Part shown: positions 19,480-34,400 of the stretch, piece by piece
Layout of the letters: each line of letters opens with the position of its first letter
Position numbering within the stretch: the first letter of the stretch is position 1
From: Azolla caroliniana
Taxonomy: Eukaryota; Plantae; Polypodiophyta
Length of the DNA: 64,000 bases
NCBI GenBank assembly: GCA_043228905.1
Contig: JBHGNT010000047.1
Span: 130,183-194,182, forward strand
Direction of reading: 5' to 3'
Translations under genes and position numbers: made by a program
Notes under the pieces: model-generated
The model's input: only the letters and a program-made list of their open reading frames with translations
Told to the model about the DNA's origin: nothing
Databases searched by the model: none

Positions 19480-22400
19480 TTGAGTAAATTAAATTGTTCA
19501 TACCTCGCTCGTGTGATATCGGATTTGTGTGTTCAAACATGCGAATCGAAGCTAACAACGCTAGCTATGATATGGAATTAAAAAATCAAGATTTTGAAAG
19601 TTAGGTGGAGAGACATGAAGAAATTACCAAATTTGAGGAGGGAGTTGAGTAGGGCTAATGAGTAAATTAAATTGTACATACCTCGCTCGTGTGATATCGG
19701 ATTTTTGTGTTCAAACATGGGAATCGAAGCTAACAATGTTAGCTATGATATGGAATTAAAAAATAAAGATTTTGAAACTCAGGTCGAGAGACATGAGGAA
19801 ATTACCAAAGTTGAGGAGGGAGTTGAGTAGGGCGAATAAGAGAATTCAATTGTTCATACCTCGCTCGTGTGATATCGGATTTGTGTGTTCAAACATGCGA
19901 ATCGAAGCTAACAACGCTAGCTATGATATGGAATTAAAAAATCAAGATTTTGAAACTTAGGTCGAGAGACATAAAGAAATTACCAAATTTAAGGAGGGAG
20001 TTGAGTAGGGCGAATGAGTAAATTAAATTGTTCATACCTCGCTGGTGTGATATCGGATTTGTGTGTTCAAACCTGCGAATCGAAGCTAACAATGCTAGCT
20101 ATGATATGGAATTAAAAAATCAAGATTTTGAAACTCAGGTCGAGAGACATGACGAAATTACCAAATTTGAGGACGGAGTCAAGTAGGGCGATTCAGTAAA
20201 TTAAATTGTTCATACCTCGCTCGTGTGATATCAGATTTTTGTGTTTAAACATGCGAAACGAAGCTAACAACGCTAGCTATGATATGGAATTAAAAAATCA
20301 AGAGTTTGAAGCTCAGGTCGAGGGACATGACGAAATTTGCAACCATGACAAGGGAGTTGAGAGGAGCCCTTGAGTAAATTAAAATGTTCATACCTAGCTC
20401 GTGTTATATCGGATTTATGTGTTCAAACATGCGAATCGAAGCTAACAACACTAGCTATGATATGGAATTAAAAAATCAAGATTTTGAAACTCAGGTCGAG
20501 AGACATGACGAAAATAGCAACCTTGATAAGGGAGTTGAGAGGAGCCCTTGAGTAAATTAAAATGTTCATACCTAGCTCGTGTGATATCGGATTTTTGTGT
20601 TCAAACATGCCAATCGAAGCTAACAACGCTAGTTATGATATGGATTTAAAAAATCAAGATTTTGAAACTCAGGTCGAGAAACATGACGAAATTACCAAAT
20701 TTGAGGTGTGAGTTGAGAAGAGCTAGTAGGTAAATTTAAATGTTCATACCTGGCAACTGTGATATCCGATTTTTATGTTCAAACATGCGAATCGAAGCTA
20801 ACAACGCTAGCTATGATATGGAATTAAAAAATCAAGATTTTGAAACTCAGATCGAGTGACATGATGAAATTAGCAACCTTGACAAGGGAGTTGAGAGGAG
20901 CCCTTGAGTAAATTAAAATGTTCATACCTGGCTCGTGTCATATCGGATTTATGTGTTCAAACATGCGAATCCAAGCTAACAACGCTACCTATGATATGGA
21001 ATTAAAAAATCAAGGTTTTGAAACTCAGGTCCAGAGACATGACGAAAATAGCAAACTTGAGGAGGGAGTAGAGAGGAGCCCTTGAGTAAATTAAAATGTT
21101 CATACCTGGCTCGTGTGATATCGGATTTATGTGTTCAAACATGCGAATCGAAGCTAACAACGCTACCTATGATATGGAATTAAACAATCAAGATTTTGAA
21201 ACTCAGGTTGAGAGACATGAGGAAATTACCAAATTTAAGGAGGGAGTTGAGTAAGCCGAATGAGTAGATTAAATTGTTCATACCTTGCTCGTGTGATATC
21301 GGATTTCTCTGTTCAAACATGTGAATCGAAGCTAACAACGCTAGCTATGATATGGAATTAAAAAATCAAGATTTTGAAAGTTAGGTCGAGAGACATGAAG
21401 ATATTACCAAATTTGAGGAGGGAGTTGAGTAGGGCGAATGAGTAAATTAAATTGCTCATACCTCGCTCGTGTGATATCGGATTTTTGTATTCAAACGTGC
21501 GAATCGAAGCTAACAACGCTAGCTATGATATGGAATTAAAAAATCAAGATTTTGAAACTCAGGTCGAGAGACATGAAGAAATTAGCAAATTTGAGGAGGG
21601 AGTTGAGTAGGGCGAATGAGTAAATTAAAATGTTCATACCTCGCTCGTGTCATATCAGATTTTTGTGTTCAAACATGCGAATCGAAGCTAACAATGCTAC
21701 CTATGATATGGAATTAAACAATCTAGATTTTGAAACTCACGTCGAGAGACATGAAGAAATTAGCAAATTTGAGGAGGGAGTGGAGAAGAGCCCGTTCGGA
21801 AATGAAAATGTTCATACCTCGCTCGTGTGATATCAGATTTTTGTGTTCAAACATGGGAATCGAAGCTAACAATGCTACCTATGATATGGAATTAAACGAT
21901 CTAGATTTTGGAACTCAGGTCGAGAGAAATAAAGAAATTACCTAATTTGAGGAGGGAGTTGAGTAGGGGGAATGAGTAAATTAAATTTTTCATACCTCGC
22001 TCGTGTGATATCGGATTTCTCTGTTCAAACATGCGAATCGAAACTAACAACGCTAGCTATGATATGGAATTAAAAAATCAAGATTTTGAAACTTAGGTCG
22101 AGATACATAAAGAAATTACCAAATTTGAGGAGGGAGTTGAGCAGGGCGAATGAGTAAATTAAATTGTTCATACCTCGCTCGTGTGATATCGGATTTCTCA
22201 GGTCAAACATGCGATTCGTAGCTAACAACCCTAGCTATGATATGGAATTAAAATATCAAGATTTTGAAACTCAGGTCGAGAGACATGAAGAAATTACCAA
22301 ATTTGAGGAGGGAGTTGAGTAGGGCGAATGAGTAAATTACAATGTTCATACCTGGCTCGTGTGATATCAGATTTTTGTGTTCAAACATGCGAATCGAAGC

Positions 22401-25400
22401 TAACAATGCTACCTATGATATGGAATTAAACAATCTAGATTTTGGAACGCAGGTCGAGAGACATGAGGAAATTACCAAATTTGAGGAGGGAGTTGAGTAG
22501 GGCGAATGAGTAAATTAAATTGTTCATACCTCGCTCGTGTGATATCCGATTTTTGTGTTCAAACATGGGAATCGAAGCTAACAACACTAGCTATGATATG
22601 GAATTAAAAAATCCAGATTTTGAAACTTAGGTCGAGAGACATGAAGAAATTACCAAATTTGAGGAGGGAGTTGAGTAGGGCGAATGAGTAAAATAAAATG
22701 TTCATACCTCGCTCGTGTGATATCGGATTTGTGTGTTCAAACATGGGAATAGGAGATAACAACGCTAGTTATGATATGGAATTAAAAAATCAAGATTTTG
22801 AAACTCAGGTCGAGAGACATGAAGAAATTACCAAATTTGAGGAGGGAGTTGAGTAGGGCGAATGAGAAAATTCAATTGTTCATACCTCGCTCGTGTGATA
22901 TCGGATTTGTGTGTTCAAACATGCGAATCGAAGCTAACATTGCTAGTTATGATATGGATTTAAAAAATCAAGATTTTGAAACCCAGATCGAGAGACATGA
23001 CGAAATTAACAAAGTTGAGGAGTGAGTTGAGAATAGCTAGTAGGTAAATTTAAATGTTCATACCTGGCGACTCTGATATCGGATTTTTATGTTCAAACAT
23101 GCAAATCGAAGCTAAGAACGCTAGCTATGATATGGAATTAAGAAATCAAGATTTTGAAACTCAGGTCGAGAGACATGACGAAAATAGCAAACTTGAGGAG
23201 GGAGTTGAGAAGAGCTAGTAGGTAAATTAAAATGTTCATACCTGGCTCGTGTGATATTGCATTTTTGTGTTCAAACATGCCAATCGAAGCTAACAACGCT
23301 AGCTATGATATGGAATTAAAAAATCAAGATTTTGAAACTCAGGTCGAGAAACATGACGAAATTCGCAACCTTGAGGAGGGAGTTGAGAGGAGCCCTTGAG
23401 TAAATTAAAATGTTCATACCTAGCTCGTGTGATATCGGATTTATGCGTTCAAACATGCGAATCGAAGCTAACATCGCTAGCTATGATATGGAATTAAAAA
23501 ATCAAGATTTTGAAACTCAGGTCAAGAGACATGACGAAAATAGCAAACTTGAGGAGGGAGTTGAGAGGAGCCTTTGAGCAAATTAAAATGTTCATAGTTG
23601 GCTCCTGTGATATCGGGATTTAAATGTTCAAACATGCGAATCGAAGATAACAACGCTAGCTATGATATGGAATTAAAAAATCAAGATTTTGAAACTCAGG
23701 TCGAGAGACATGACGAAATTACAAAATTTGAGGGGTGAGTTGAGAAGAGCTAGTAGTTAAATTAAAAGGTTCATACCTGGCTCGTGTCATATCGGATTTA
23801 TGTGTTCAAACATGCGGATCGAAGCTAACAACACTAGCTATGATATGGAATTAAAAATTCAAGATTTTCAAACTCAGGTCGAGAGACATGACGAAATTAG
23901 CAACCTTGACAGGGGAGTTGAGAGGAGCCCTTGAGCAAATTAAAATGTTCATACCTGGCTCCTGTGATATCGGATTTATGTGTTCAAACATGCGAATCGA
24001 AGCTAACAACGCTAGGTATGATATGGATTTAAAAAATCAAGATTTTGAAGCTCAGGTCGAGAGACATGACGAAATTTGCAACCTTGACAAGGGAGTTGAG
24101 AGGAGCCCTTGAGTAAATTAAAATGTTCATACCTGGCTCGTGTAATATCGGGTTTTTGTGTTCAAACATGCGAATCAAAGCTAACAGCGCTAGCTATGAA
24201 ATGGAATTAAAAAATCAAGATTTTGAAACTCAGGTCGAGAGACATGACAAAATTACCAAAGTTGAGGAGTGAGTTGAGAAGAGCTAGTAGGTAAATTAAA
24301 ATTTTCATACCTGGCTCGTGTGTTATCGGATTTTTGTGTTCAAACATGCGAATCGAAGCTAACATCGCTAGCTATGATATGGAATTAAAAAATCAAGATT
24401 TTGAAACTCAGGTCGAGAGACGTGACGAAATTAGCAACCTTGACAAGGGAGTTGAGAGGAGCCCTTGAGTAAATTAAAATGTTCATACCTGGCTCGTGTG
24501 ATATCGGATTTTTGTGTTCAAACATACAAATCGAAATTAACAACGCTAGTTATGATATGGAATTATAAAATCAAGATTTTGAAACCCAGATAGAGAGACA
24601 TGACGAAATTACCAAATTTGAGGAGTGAGTTGAGAAGAGCTAGTAGGTAAATATAAATGTTCATACCTAGCAACTGTGATATCGGATTTTTATGTTCAAA
24701 CATGCAAATCGAAGCTAAGAACGCTAGCTATTATATGGAATTAAAAAATCAAGTACGCTAGCTAAGAACGCTAGCTATGATATGGAATCGAAGCTAACAA
24801 CGCTAGGTATGATATGGATTTAAAAAATCAAGATTTTGAAACTCAGGTCGAGAGACATGTCGAAATTTGCAACCTTGACAAGGGAGTTAAGAAGAGCTAG
24901 TAGGTAAATTTAAATGTTCATACCTGGCCACTGTGATATCGGATTTTTGTGTTCAAACATGCGAATGGAAGCTAACAACGCTAGCTATGATATGGAATTA
25001 AAAAATCAAGATTTTGAAACTCAGGTCGAGAGACATGACGAAATTTCCACATTTGAGGAGTGAATTAAGAAGAGCTAGTAGGTAAGTTTAAATATTCATA
25101 CCTGGCTCGTGTGATATCGGATTCTTATGTTCAAACATGCGAATCGAAGCTAACAACGCTAGCTATGATATGGAATTAAAAAATCAAGATTTTGAAACTC
25201 AGGTCGAGAGACATCAAAAAATTACCAAATTTGAGGAGTGAGTTGAGAAGAGCTAGTAGGTAAATTAAAATGTTCAAACCTGGCTCGTGTCATATGGGAT
25301 TTATGTGTTCAAACATACGAATCGAAGCTAACAACGCTAGCTATGATATGGAATTAAAAAATCAAGATTTTGAAACTCAGGTCGATAAACACGACGAAAT

Positions 25401-28400
25401 TGGCAATCTTGACAAGGGAGTTGAGAGCAGCCCTTGAGCAAATTAAAATGTTCATACCTGGCTCGTGTGATATTGCATTTTTGTGTTCAAACATGCCAAT
25501 CGAAGCTAACAACGCTAGCTATGATATGGAATTAAAAAATCAAGATTTTGAAACTCAGGTCGAGAAACATGACGAAATTCGCAACCTTGAGGAGGGAGTT
25601 GAGAGGAGCCCTTGAGTAAATTAAAATGTTCATACCTAGCTCGTGTGATATCGGATTTATGCGTTCAAACATGCGAATCGAAGCTAACATCGCTAGCTAT
25701 GATATGGAATTAAAAAATCAAGATTTTGAAACTCAGGTCAAGAGACATGACGAAAATAGCAAACTTGAGGAGGGAGTTGAGAGGAGCCTTTGAGCAAATT
25801 AAAATGTTCATAGTTGGCTCCTGTGATATCGGGATTTAAATGTTCAAACATGCGAATCGAAGATAACAACGCTAGCTATGATATGGAATTAAAAAATCAA
25901 GATTTTGAAACTCAGGTCGAGAGACATGACGAAATTACAAAATTTGAGGGGTGAGTTGAGAAGAGCTAGTAGTTAAATTAAAAGGTTCATACCTGGCTCG
26001 TGTCATATCGGATTTATGTGTTCAAACATGCGGATCGAAGCTAACAACACTAGCTATGATATGGAATTAAAAATTCAAGATTTTCAAACTCAGGTCGAGA
26101 GACATGACGAAATTAGCAACCTTGACAGGGGAGTTGAGAGGAGCCCTTGAGCAAATTAAAATGTTCATACCTGGCTCCTGTGATATCGGATTTATGTGTT
26201 CAAACATGCGAATCGAAGCTAACAACGCTAGGTATGATATGGATTTAAAAAATCAAGATTTTGAAGCTCAGGTCGAGAGACATGACGAAATTTGCAACCT
26301 TGACAAGGGAGTTGAGAGGAGCCCTTGAGTAAATTAAAATGTTCATACCTGGCTCGTGTAATATCGGGTTTTTGTGTTCAAACATGCGAATCAAAGCTAA
26401 CAGCGCTAGCTATGAAATGGAATTAAAAAATCAAGATTTTGAAACTCAGGTCGAGAGACATGACAAAATTACCAAAGTTGAGGAGTGAGTTGAGAAGAGC
26501 TAGTAGGTAAATTAAAATTTTCATACCTGGCTCGTGTGTTATCGGATTTTTGTGTTCAAACATGCGAATCGAAGCTAACATCGCTAGCTATGATATGGAA
26601 TTAAAAAATCAAGATTTTGAAACTCAGGTCGAGAGACGTGACGAAATTAGCAACCTTGACAAGGGAGTTGAGAGGAGCCCTTGAGTAAATTAAAATGTTC
26701 ATACCTGGCTCGTGTGATATCGGATTTTTGTGTTCAAACATACAAATCGAAATTAACAACGCTAGTTATGATATGGAATTATAAAATCAAGATTTTGAAA
26801 CCCAGATAGAGAGACATGACGAAATTACCAAATTTGAGGAGTGAGTTGAGAAGAGCTAGTAGGTAAATATAAATGTTCATACCTAGCAACTGTGATATCG
26901 GATTTTTATGTTCAAACATGCAAATCGAAGCTAAGAACGCTAGCTATGATATGGAATTAAAAAATCAAGTACGCTAGCTAAGAACGCTAGCTATGATATG
27001 GAATCGAAGCTAACAACGCTAGGTATGATATGGATTTAAAAAATCAAGATTTTGAAACTCAGGTCGAGAGACATGTCGAAATTTGCAACCTTGACAAGGC
27101 AGTTGAGAAGAGCTAGTAGGTAAATTTAAATGTTCATACTTGGCCACTGTGATATCGGATTTTTGTGTTCAAACATGCGAATGGAAGCTAACAACGCTAG
27201 CTATGATATGGAATTAAAAAATCAAGATTTTGAAACTCAGGTCGAGAAACATGACGAAATTTCCACATTTGAGGAGTGAATTAAGAAGAGCTAGTAGGTA
27301 AGTTTAAATATTCATACCTGGCTCGTGTGATATCGGATTCTTATGTTCAAACATGCGAATCGAAGCTAACAACGCTAGCTATGATATGGAATTAAAAAAT
27401 CAAGATTTTGAAACTCAGGTCGAGAGACATCAAAAAATTACCAAATTTGAGGAGTGAGTTGAGAAGAGCTAGTAGGTAAATTAAAATGTTCAAACCTGGC
27501 TCGTGTCATATGGGATTTATGTGTTCAAACATACGAATCGAAGCTAACAACGCTAGCTATGATATGGAATTAAAAAATCAAGATTTTGAAACTCAGGTCG
27601 ATAAACACGACGAAATTGGCAATCTTGACAAGGGAGTTGAGAGCAGCCCTTGAGCAAATTAAAATGTTCATACCTGGCTCGTGTGATATTGCATTTTTGT
27701 GTTCAAACATGCGAATTGAAGCTAACAACGCTAGCTATGATATGGAAGTAAAAAATCAAGATTTTGAAACTCAGGTCGAGAGACATGACGAAATTACCAA
27801 TGTTGAGGAGTGAGTTGAGAGGAGCCCTTGAGTAAATTAAAATGTTCATACCTAGCTCGTGTGATATCGGATTTATGTGTTCAAACATGCAAATCGAAGC
27901 TAACAACGCTAGCTATGATATGGAATTAAAAAATCAAGATTTTGAAACTCAGGTCGATAAACACGACGAAATTGGCAATCTTGACACGGGAGTTGAGAGC
28001 AGCCCTTGAGCAAATTAAAATGTTCATACCTGGCTCGTGTGATATTGCATTTTTGTGTTCAAACATGCGAATTGAAGCTAACAACGCTAGCTATGATATG
28101 GAAGTAAAAAATCAAGATTTTGAAACTCAGGTCGAGAGACATGACGAAATTACCAATGTTGAGGAGTGAGTTGAGAGGAGCCCTTGAGTAAATTAAATTG
28201 TTCATACCTCGCTCGTGTGATATCGGATTTGTGTGTTCAAACATGCGAATCGAAGCTAACAACGCTAGCTATGATATGGAATTAAAAAATCAAGATTTTG
28301 AAAGTTAGGTTGAGAGACATGAAGAAATTACCAAATTTGAGGAGGGAGTTGAGTAGGGCTAATGAGTAAATTAAATTGTACATACCTCGCTCGTGTGATA

Positions 28401-31400
28401 TCGGATTTTTGTGTTCAAACATGGGAATCGAAGCTAACAACGCTAGCTATGATATGGAATTAAAAAATAAAGATTTTGAAACTCAGGTCGAGAGACATGA
28501 GGAAATTACCAAAGTTGAGGAGGGAGTTGAGTAGGGCGAATGAGGGAATTCAATTGTTCATACCTCGCTCGTGTGATATCGGATTTGTGTGTTCAAACAT
28601 GCGAATCGAAGCTAACAACGCTAGCTATGATATGGAATTAAAAAATCAAGATTTTGAAACTTAGGTCGAGAGACATAAAGAAATTACCAAATTTAAGGAG
28701 GGAGTTGAGTAGGGCGAATGAGTAAATTAAATTGTTCATACCTCGCTGGTGTGATATCGGATTTGTGTGTTCAAACCTGCGAATCGAAGCTAACAATGCT
28801 AGCTATGATATGGAATTAAAAAATCAAGATTTTGAAACTCAGGTCGAGAGACATGACGAAATTACCAAATTTGAGGACGGAGTCAAGTAGGGTGATTCAG
28901 TAAATTAAATTGTTCATACCTCGCTCGTGTGATATCAGATTTTTGTGTTTAAACATGCGAAACGAAGCTAACAACGCTAGCTATGATATGGAATTAAAAA
29001 ATCAAGAGTTTGAAGCTCAGGTCGAGGGACATGACGAAATTTGCAACCATGACAAGGGAGTTGAGAGGAGCCCTTGAGTAAATTAAAATGTTCATACCTA
29101 GCTCGTGTTATATCGGATTTATGTGTTCAAACATGCGAATCGAAGCTAACAACACTAGCTATGATATGGAATTAAAAAATCAAGATTTTGAAACTCAGGT
29201 CGAGAGACATGACGAAAATAGCAACCTTGATAAGGGAGTTGAGAGGAGCCCTTGAGTAAATTAAAATGTTCATACCTAGCTCGTGTGATATCGGATTTTT
29301 GTGTTCAAACATGCCAATCGAAGCTAACAACGCTAGTTATGATATGGATTTAAAAAATCAAGATTTTGAAACTCAGGTCGAGAAACATGACGAAATTACC
29401 AAATTTGAGGTGTGAGTTGAGAAGAGCTAGTAGGTAAATTTAAATGTTCATACCTGGCAACTGTGATATCGGATTTTTATGTTCAAACATGCGAATCGAA
29501 GCTAACAACGCTAGCTATGATATGGAATTAAAAAATCAAGATTTTGAAACTCAGATCGAGTGACATGATGAAATTAGCAACCTTGACAAGTGAGTTGAGA
29601 GGAGCCCTTGAGTAAATTAAAATGTTCATACCTGGCTCGTGTCATATCGGATTTATGTGTTCAAACATGCGAATCCAAGCTAACAACGCTACCTATGATA
29701 TGGAATTAAAAAATCAAGGTTTTGAAACTCAGGTCCAGAGACATGACGAAATTACCAAATTTGAGGTGTGAGTTGAGAAGAGCTAGGAGGTAAATTAAAA
29801 TGTTCATACCTGGCTCGTGTGATATCGGATTTATGTGTTCAAACATGCGAATCGAAGCTAACAACGCTACCTATGATATGGAATTAAACAATCAAGATTT
29901 TGAAACTCAGGTTGAGAGACATGAGGAAATTACCAAATTTGAGGAGGGAGTTGAGTAAGCCGAATGAGTAGATTAAATTGTTCATACCTTGCTCGTGTGA
30001 TATCGGATTTCTCTGTTCAAACATTTGAATCGAAGCTAACAACGCTAGCTATGATATGGAATTAAAAAATCAAGATTTTGAAAGTTAGGTCGAGAGACAT
30101 GAAGATATTACCAAATTTGAGGAGGGAGTTGAGTAGGGCGAATGAGTAAATTAAATTGCTCATACCTCGCTCGTGTGATATCGGATTTTTGTATTCAAAC
30201 GTGCGAATCGAAGCTAACAACGCTAGCTATGATATGGAATTAAAAAATCAAGATTTTGAAACTCAGGTCGAGAGACATGAAGAAATTAGCAAATTTGAGG
30301 AGGGAGTTGAGTAGGGCGAATGAGTAAATTAAAATGTTCATACCTCGCTCGTGTCATATCAGATTTTTGTGTTCAAACATGCGAATCGAAGTTAACAATG
30401 CTACCTATGATATGGAATTAAACAATCTAGATTTTGAAACTCACGTCGAGAGACATGAAGAAATTAGCAAATTTGAGGAGGGAGTGGAGAAGAGCCCGTT
30501 CGGAAATGAAAATGTTCATACCTCGCTCGTGTGATATCAGATTTTTGTGTTCAAACATGGGAATCGAAGCTAACAATGCTACCTATGATATGGAATTAAA
30601 CGATCTAGATTTTGGAACTCAGGTCGAGAGAAATAAAGAAATTACCAAATTTGAGGAGGGAGTTGAGTAGGGGGAATGAGTAAATTAAATTTTTCATACC
30701 TCGCTCGTGTGATATCGGATTTCTCTGTTCAAACATGCGAATCGAAACTAACAACGCTAGCTATGATATGGAATTAAAAAATCAAGATTTTGAAACTTAG
30801 GTCGAGATACATAAAGAAATTACCAAATTTGAGGAGGGAGTTGAGCAGGGCGAATGAGTAAATTAAATTGTTCATACCTCGCTCGTGTGATATCGGATTT
30901 CTCAGGTCAAACATGCGATTCGTAGCTAACAACCCTAGCTATGATATGGAATTAAAATATCAAGATTTTGAAACTCAGGTCGAGAGACATGAAGAAATTA
31001 CCAAATTTGAGGAGGGAGTTGAGTTGGGCGAATGAGTAAATTACAATGTTCATACCTGGCTCGTGTGATATCAGATTTTTGTGTTCAAACATGCGAATCG
31101 AAGCTAACAATGCTACCTATGATATGGAATTAAACAATCTAGATTTTGGAACGCAGGTCGAGAGACATGAGGAAATTACCAAATTTGAGGAGGGAGTTGA
31201 GTAGGGCGAATGAGTAAATTAAATTGTTCATACCTCGCTCGTGTGATATCGGATTTTTGTGTTCAAACATGGGAATCGAAGCTAACAACACTAGCTATGA
31301 TATGGAATTAAAAAATCCAGATTTTGAAACTTAGGTCGAGAGACATGAAGAAATTACCAAATTTGAGGAGGGAGTTGAGTAGGGCGAATGAGTAAAATAA

Positions 31401-34400
31401 AATGTTCATACCTCGCTCGTGTGATATCGGATTTGTGTGTTCAAACATGGGAATAGGAGATAACAACGCTAGTTATGATATGGAATTAAAAAATCAAGAT
31501 TTTGAAACTCAGGTCGAGAGACATGAAGAAATTACCAAATTTGAGGAGGGAGTTGAGTAGGGCGAATGAGAAAATTCAATTGTTCATACCTCGCTCGTGT
31601 GATATCGGATTTGTGTGTTCAAACATGCGAATCGAAGCTAACAACGCTAGTTATGATATGGATTTAAAAAATCAAGATTTTGAAACCCAGATCGAGAGAC
31701 ATGACGAAATTAACAAAGTTGAGGAGTGAGTTGAGAATAGCTAGTAGGTAAATTTAAATGTTCATACCTGGCGACTCTGATATCGGATTTTTATGTTCAA
31801 ACATGCAAATCGAAGCTAAGAACGCTAGCTATGATATGGAATTAAGAAATCAAGATTTTGAAACTCAGGTCGAGAGACATGACGAAAATAGCAAACTTGA
31901 GGAGGGAGTTGAGAAGAGCTAGTAGGTAAATTTAAATGTTCATACCTGGCGACTGTGATATCGGATTTTTGTGTTCAAACATGCCAATCGAAGCTAACAA
32001 CGCTAGCTATGATATGGAATTAAAAAATCAAGATTTTGAAACTCAGGTCGAGAAACATGACGAAATTCGCAACCTTGAGGAGGGAGTTGAGAGGAGCCCT
32101 TGAGTAAATTAAAATGTTCATACCTAGCTCGTGTGATATCGGATTTATGCGTTCAAACATGCGAATCGAAGCTAACATCGCTAGCTATGATATGGAATTA
32201 AAAAATCAAGATTTTGAAACTCAGGTCAAGAGACATGACGAAAATAGCAAACTTGAGGAGGGAGTTGAGAGGAGCCTTTGAGCAAATTAAAATGTTCATA
32301 GTTGGCTCCTGTGATATCGGATTTAAATGTTCAAACATGCGAATCGAAGATAACAACGCTAGCTATGATATGGAATTAAAAAATCAAGATTTTGAAACTC
32401 AGGTCGAGAGACATGACGAAATTACAAAATTTGAGGGGTGAGTTGAGAAGAGCTAGTAGTTAAATTAAAAGGTTCATACCTGGCTCGTGTCATATCGGAT
32501 TTATGTGTTCAAACATGCGGATCGAAGCTAACAACAGTAGCTATGATATGGAATTAAAAATTCAAGATTTTCAAACTCAGGTCGAGAGACATGACGAAAT
32601 TAGCAACCTTGACAGGGGAGTTGAGAGGAGCCCTTGAGCAAATTAAAATGTTCATACCTGGCTCCTGTGATATCGGATTTATGTGTTCAAACATGCGAAT
32701 CGAAGCTAACAACGCTAGGTATGATATGGATTTAAAAAATCAAGATTTTGAAGCTCAGGTCGAGAGACATGACGAAATTTGCAACCTTGACAAGGGAGTT
32801 GAGAGGAGCCCTTGAGTAAATTAAAATGTTCATACCTGGCTCGTGTAATATCGGGTTTTTGTGTTCAAACATGCGAATCAAAGCTAACAGCGCTAGCTAT
32901 GAAATGGAATTAAAAAATCAAGATTTTGAAACTCAGGTCGAGAGACATGACAAAATTACCAAAGTTGAGGAGTGAGTTGAGAAGAGCTAGTAGGTAAATT
33001 AAAATTTTCATACCTGGCTCGTGTGTTATCGGATTTTTGTGTTCAAACATGCGAATCGAAGCTAACATCGCTAGCTATGATATGGAATTAAAAAATCAAG
33101 ATTTTGAAACTCAGGTCGAGAGACGTGACGAAATTAGCAACCTTGACAAGGGAGTTGAGAGGAGCCCTTGAGTAAATTAAAATGTTCATACCTGGCTCGT
33201 GTGATATCGGATTTTTGTGTTCAAACATACAAATCGAAATTAAGAACGCTAGTTATGATATGGAATTATAAAATCAAGATTTTGAAACCCAGATAGAGAG
33301 ACATGACGAAATTACCAAATTTGAGGAGTGAGTTGAGAAGAGCTAGTAGGTAAATATAAATGTTCATACCTAGCAACTGTGATATCGGATTTTTATGTTC
33401 AAACATGCAAATCGAAGCTAAGAACGCTAGCTATGATATGGAATTAAAAAATCAAGTACGCTAGCTAAGAACGCTAGCTATGATATGGAATCGAAGCTAA
33501 CAACGCTAGGTATGATATGGATTTAAAAAATCAAGATTTTGAAACTCAGGTCGAGAGACATGTCGAAATTTGCAACCTTGACAAGGGAGTTGAGAAGAGC
33601 TAGTAGGTAAATTTAAATGTTCATACCTGGCCACTGTGATATCGGATTTTTGTGTTCAAACATGCGAATGGAAGCTAACAACGCTAGCTATGATATGGAA
33701 TTAAAAAATCAAGATTTTGAAACTCAGGTCGAGAGACATGACGAAATTTCCACATTTGAGGAGTGAATTAAGAAGAGCTAGTAGGTAAGTTTAAATATTC
33801 ATACCTGGCTCGTGTGATATCGGATTCTTATGTTCAAACATGCGAATCGAAGCTAACAACGCTAGCTATGATATGGAATTAAAAAATCAAGATTTTGAAA
33901 CTCAGGTCGAGAGACATCAAAAAATTACCAAATTTGAGGAGTGAGTTGAGAAGAGCTAGTAGGTAAATTAAAATGTTCAAACCTGGCTCGTGTCATATGG
34001 GATTTATGTGTTCAAACATACGAATCGAAGCTAACAACGCTAGCTATGATATGGAATTAAAAAATCAAGATTTTGAAACTCAGGTCGATAAACACGACGA
34101 AATTGGCAATCTTGACAAGGGAGTTGAGAGCAGCCCTTGAGCAAATTAAAATGTTCATACCTGGCTCGTGTGATATTGCATTTTTGTGTTCAAACATGCC
34201 AATCGAAGCTAACAACGCTAGCTATGATATGGAATTAAAAAATCAAGATTTTGAAACTCAGGTCGAGAAACATGACGAAATTCGCAACCTTGAGGAGGGA
34301 GTTGAGAGGAGCCCTTGAGTAAATTAAAATGTTCATACCTAGCTCGTGTGATATCGGATTTATGCGTTCAAACATGCGAATCGAAGATAACAACGCTAGC

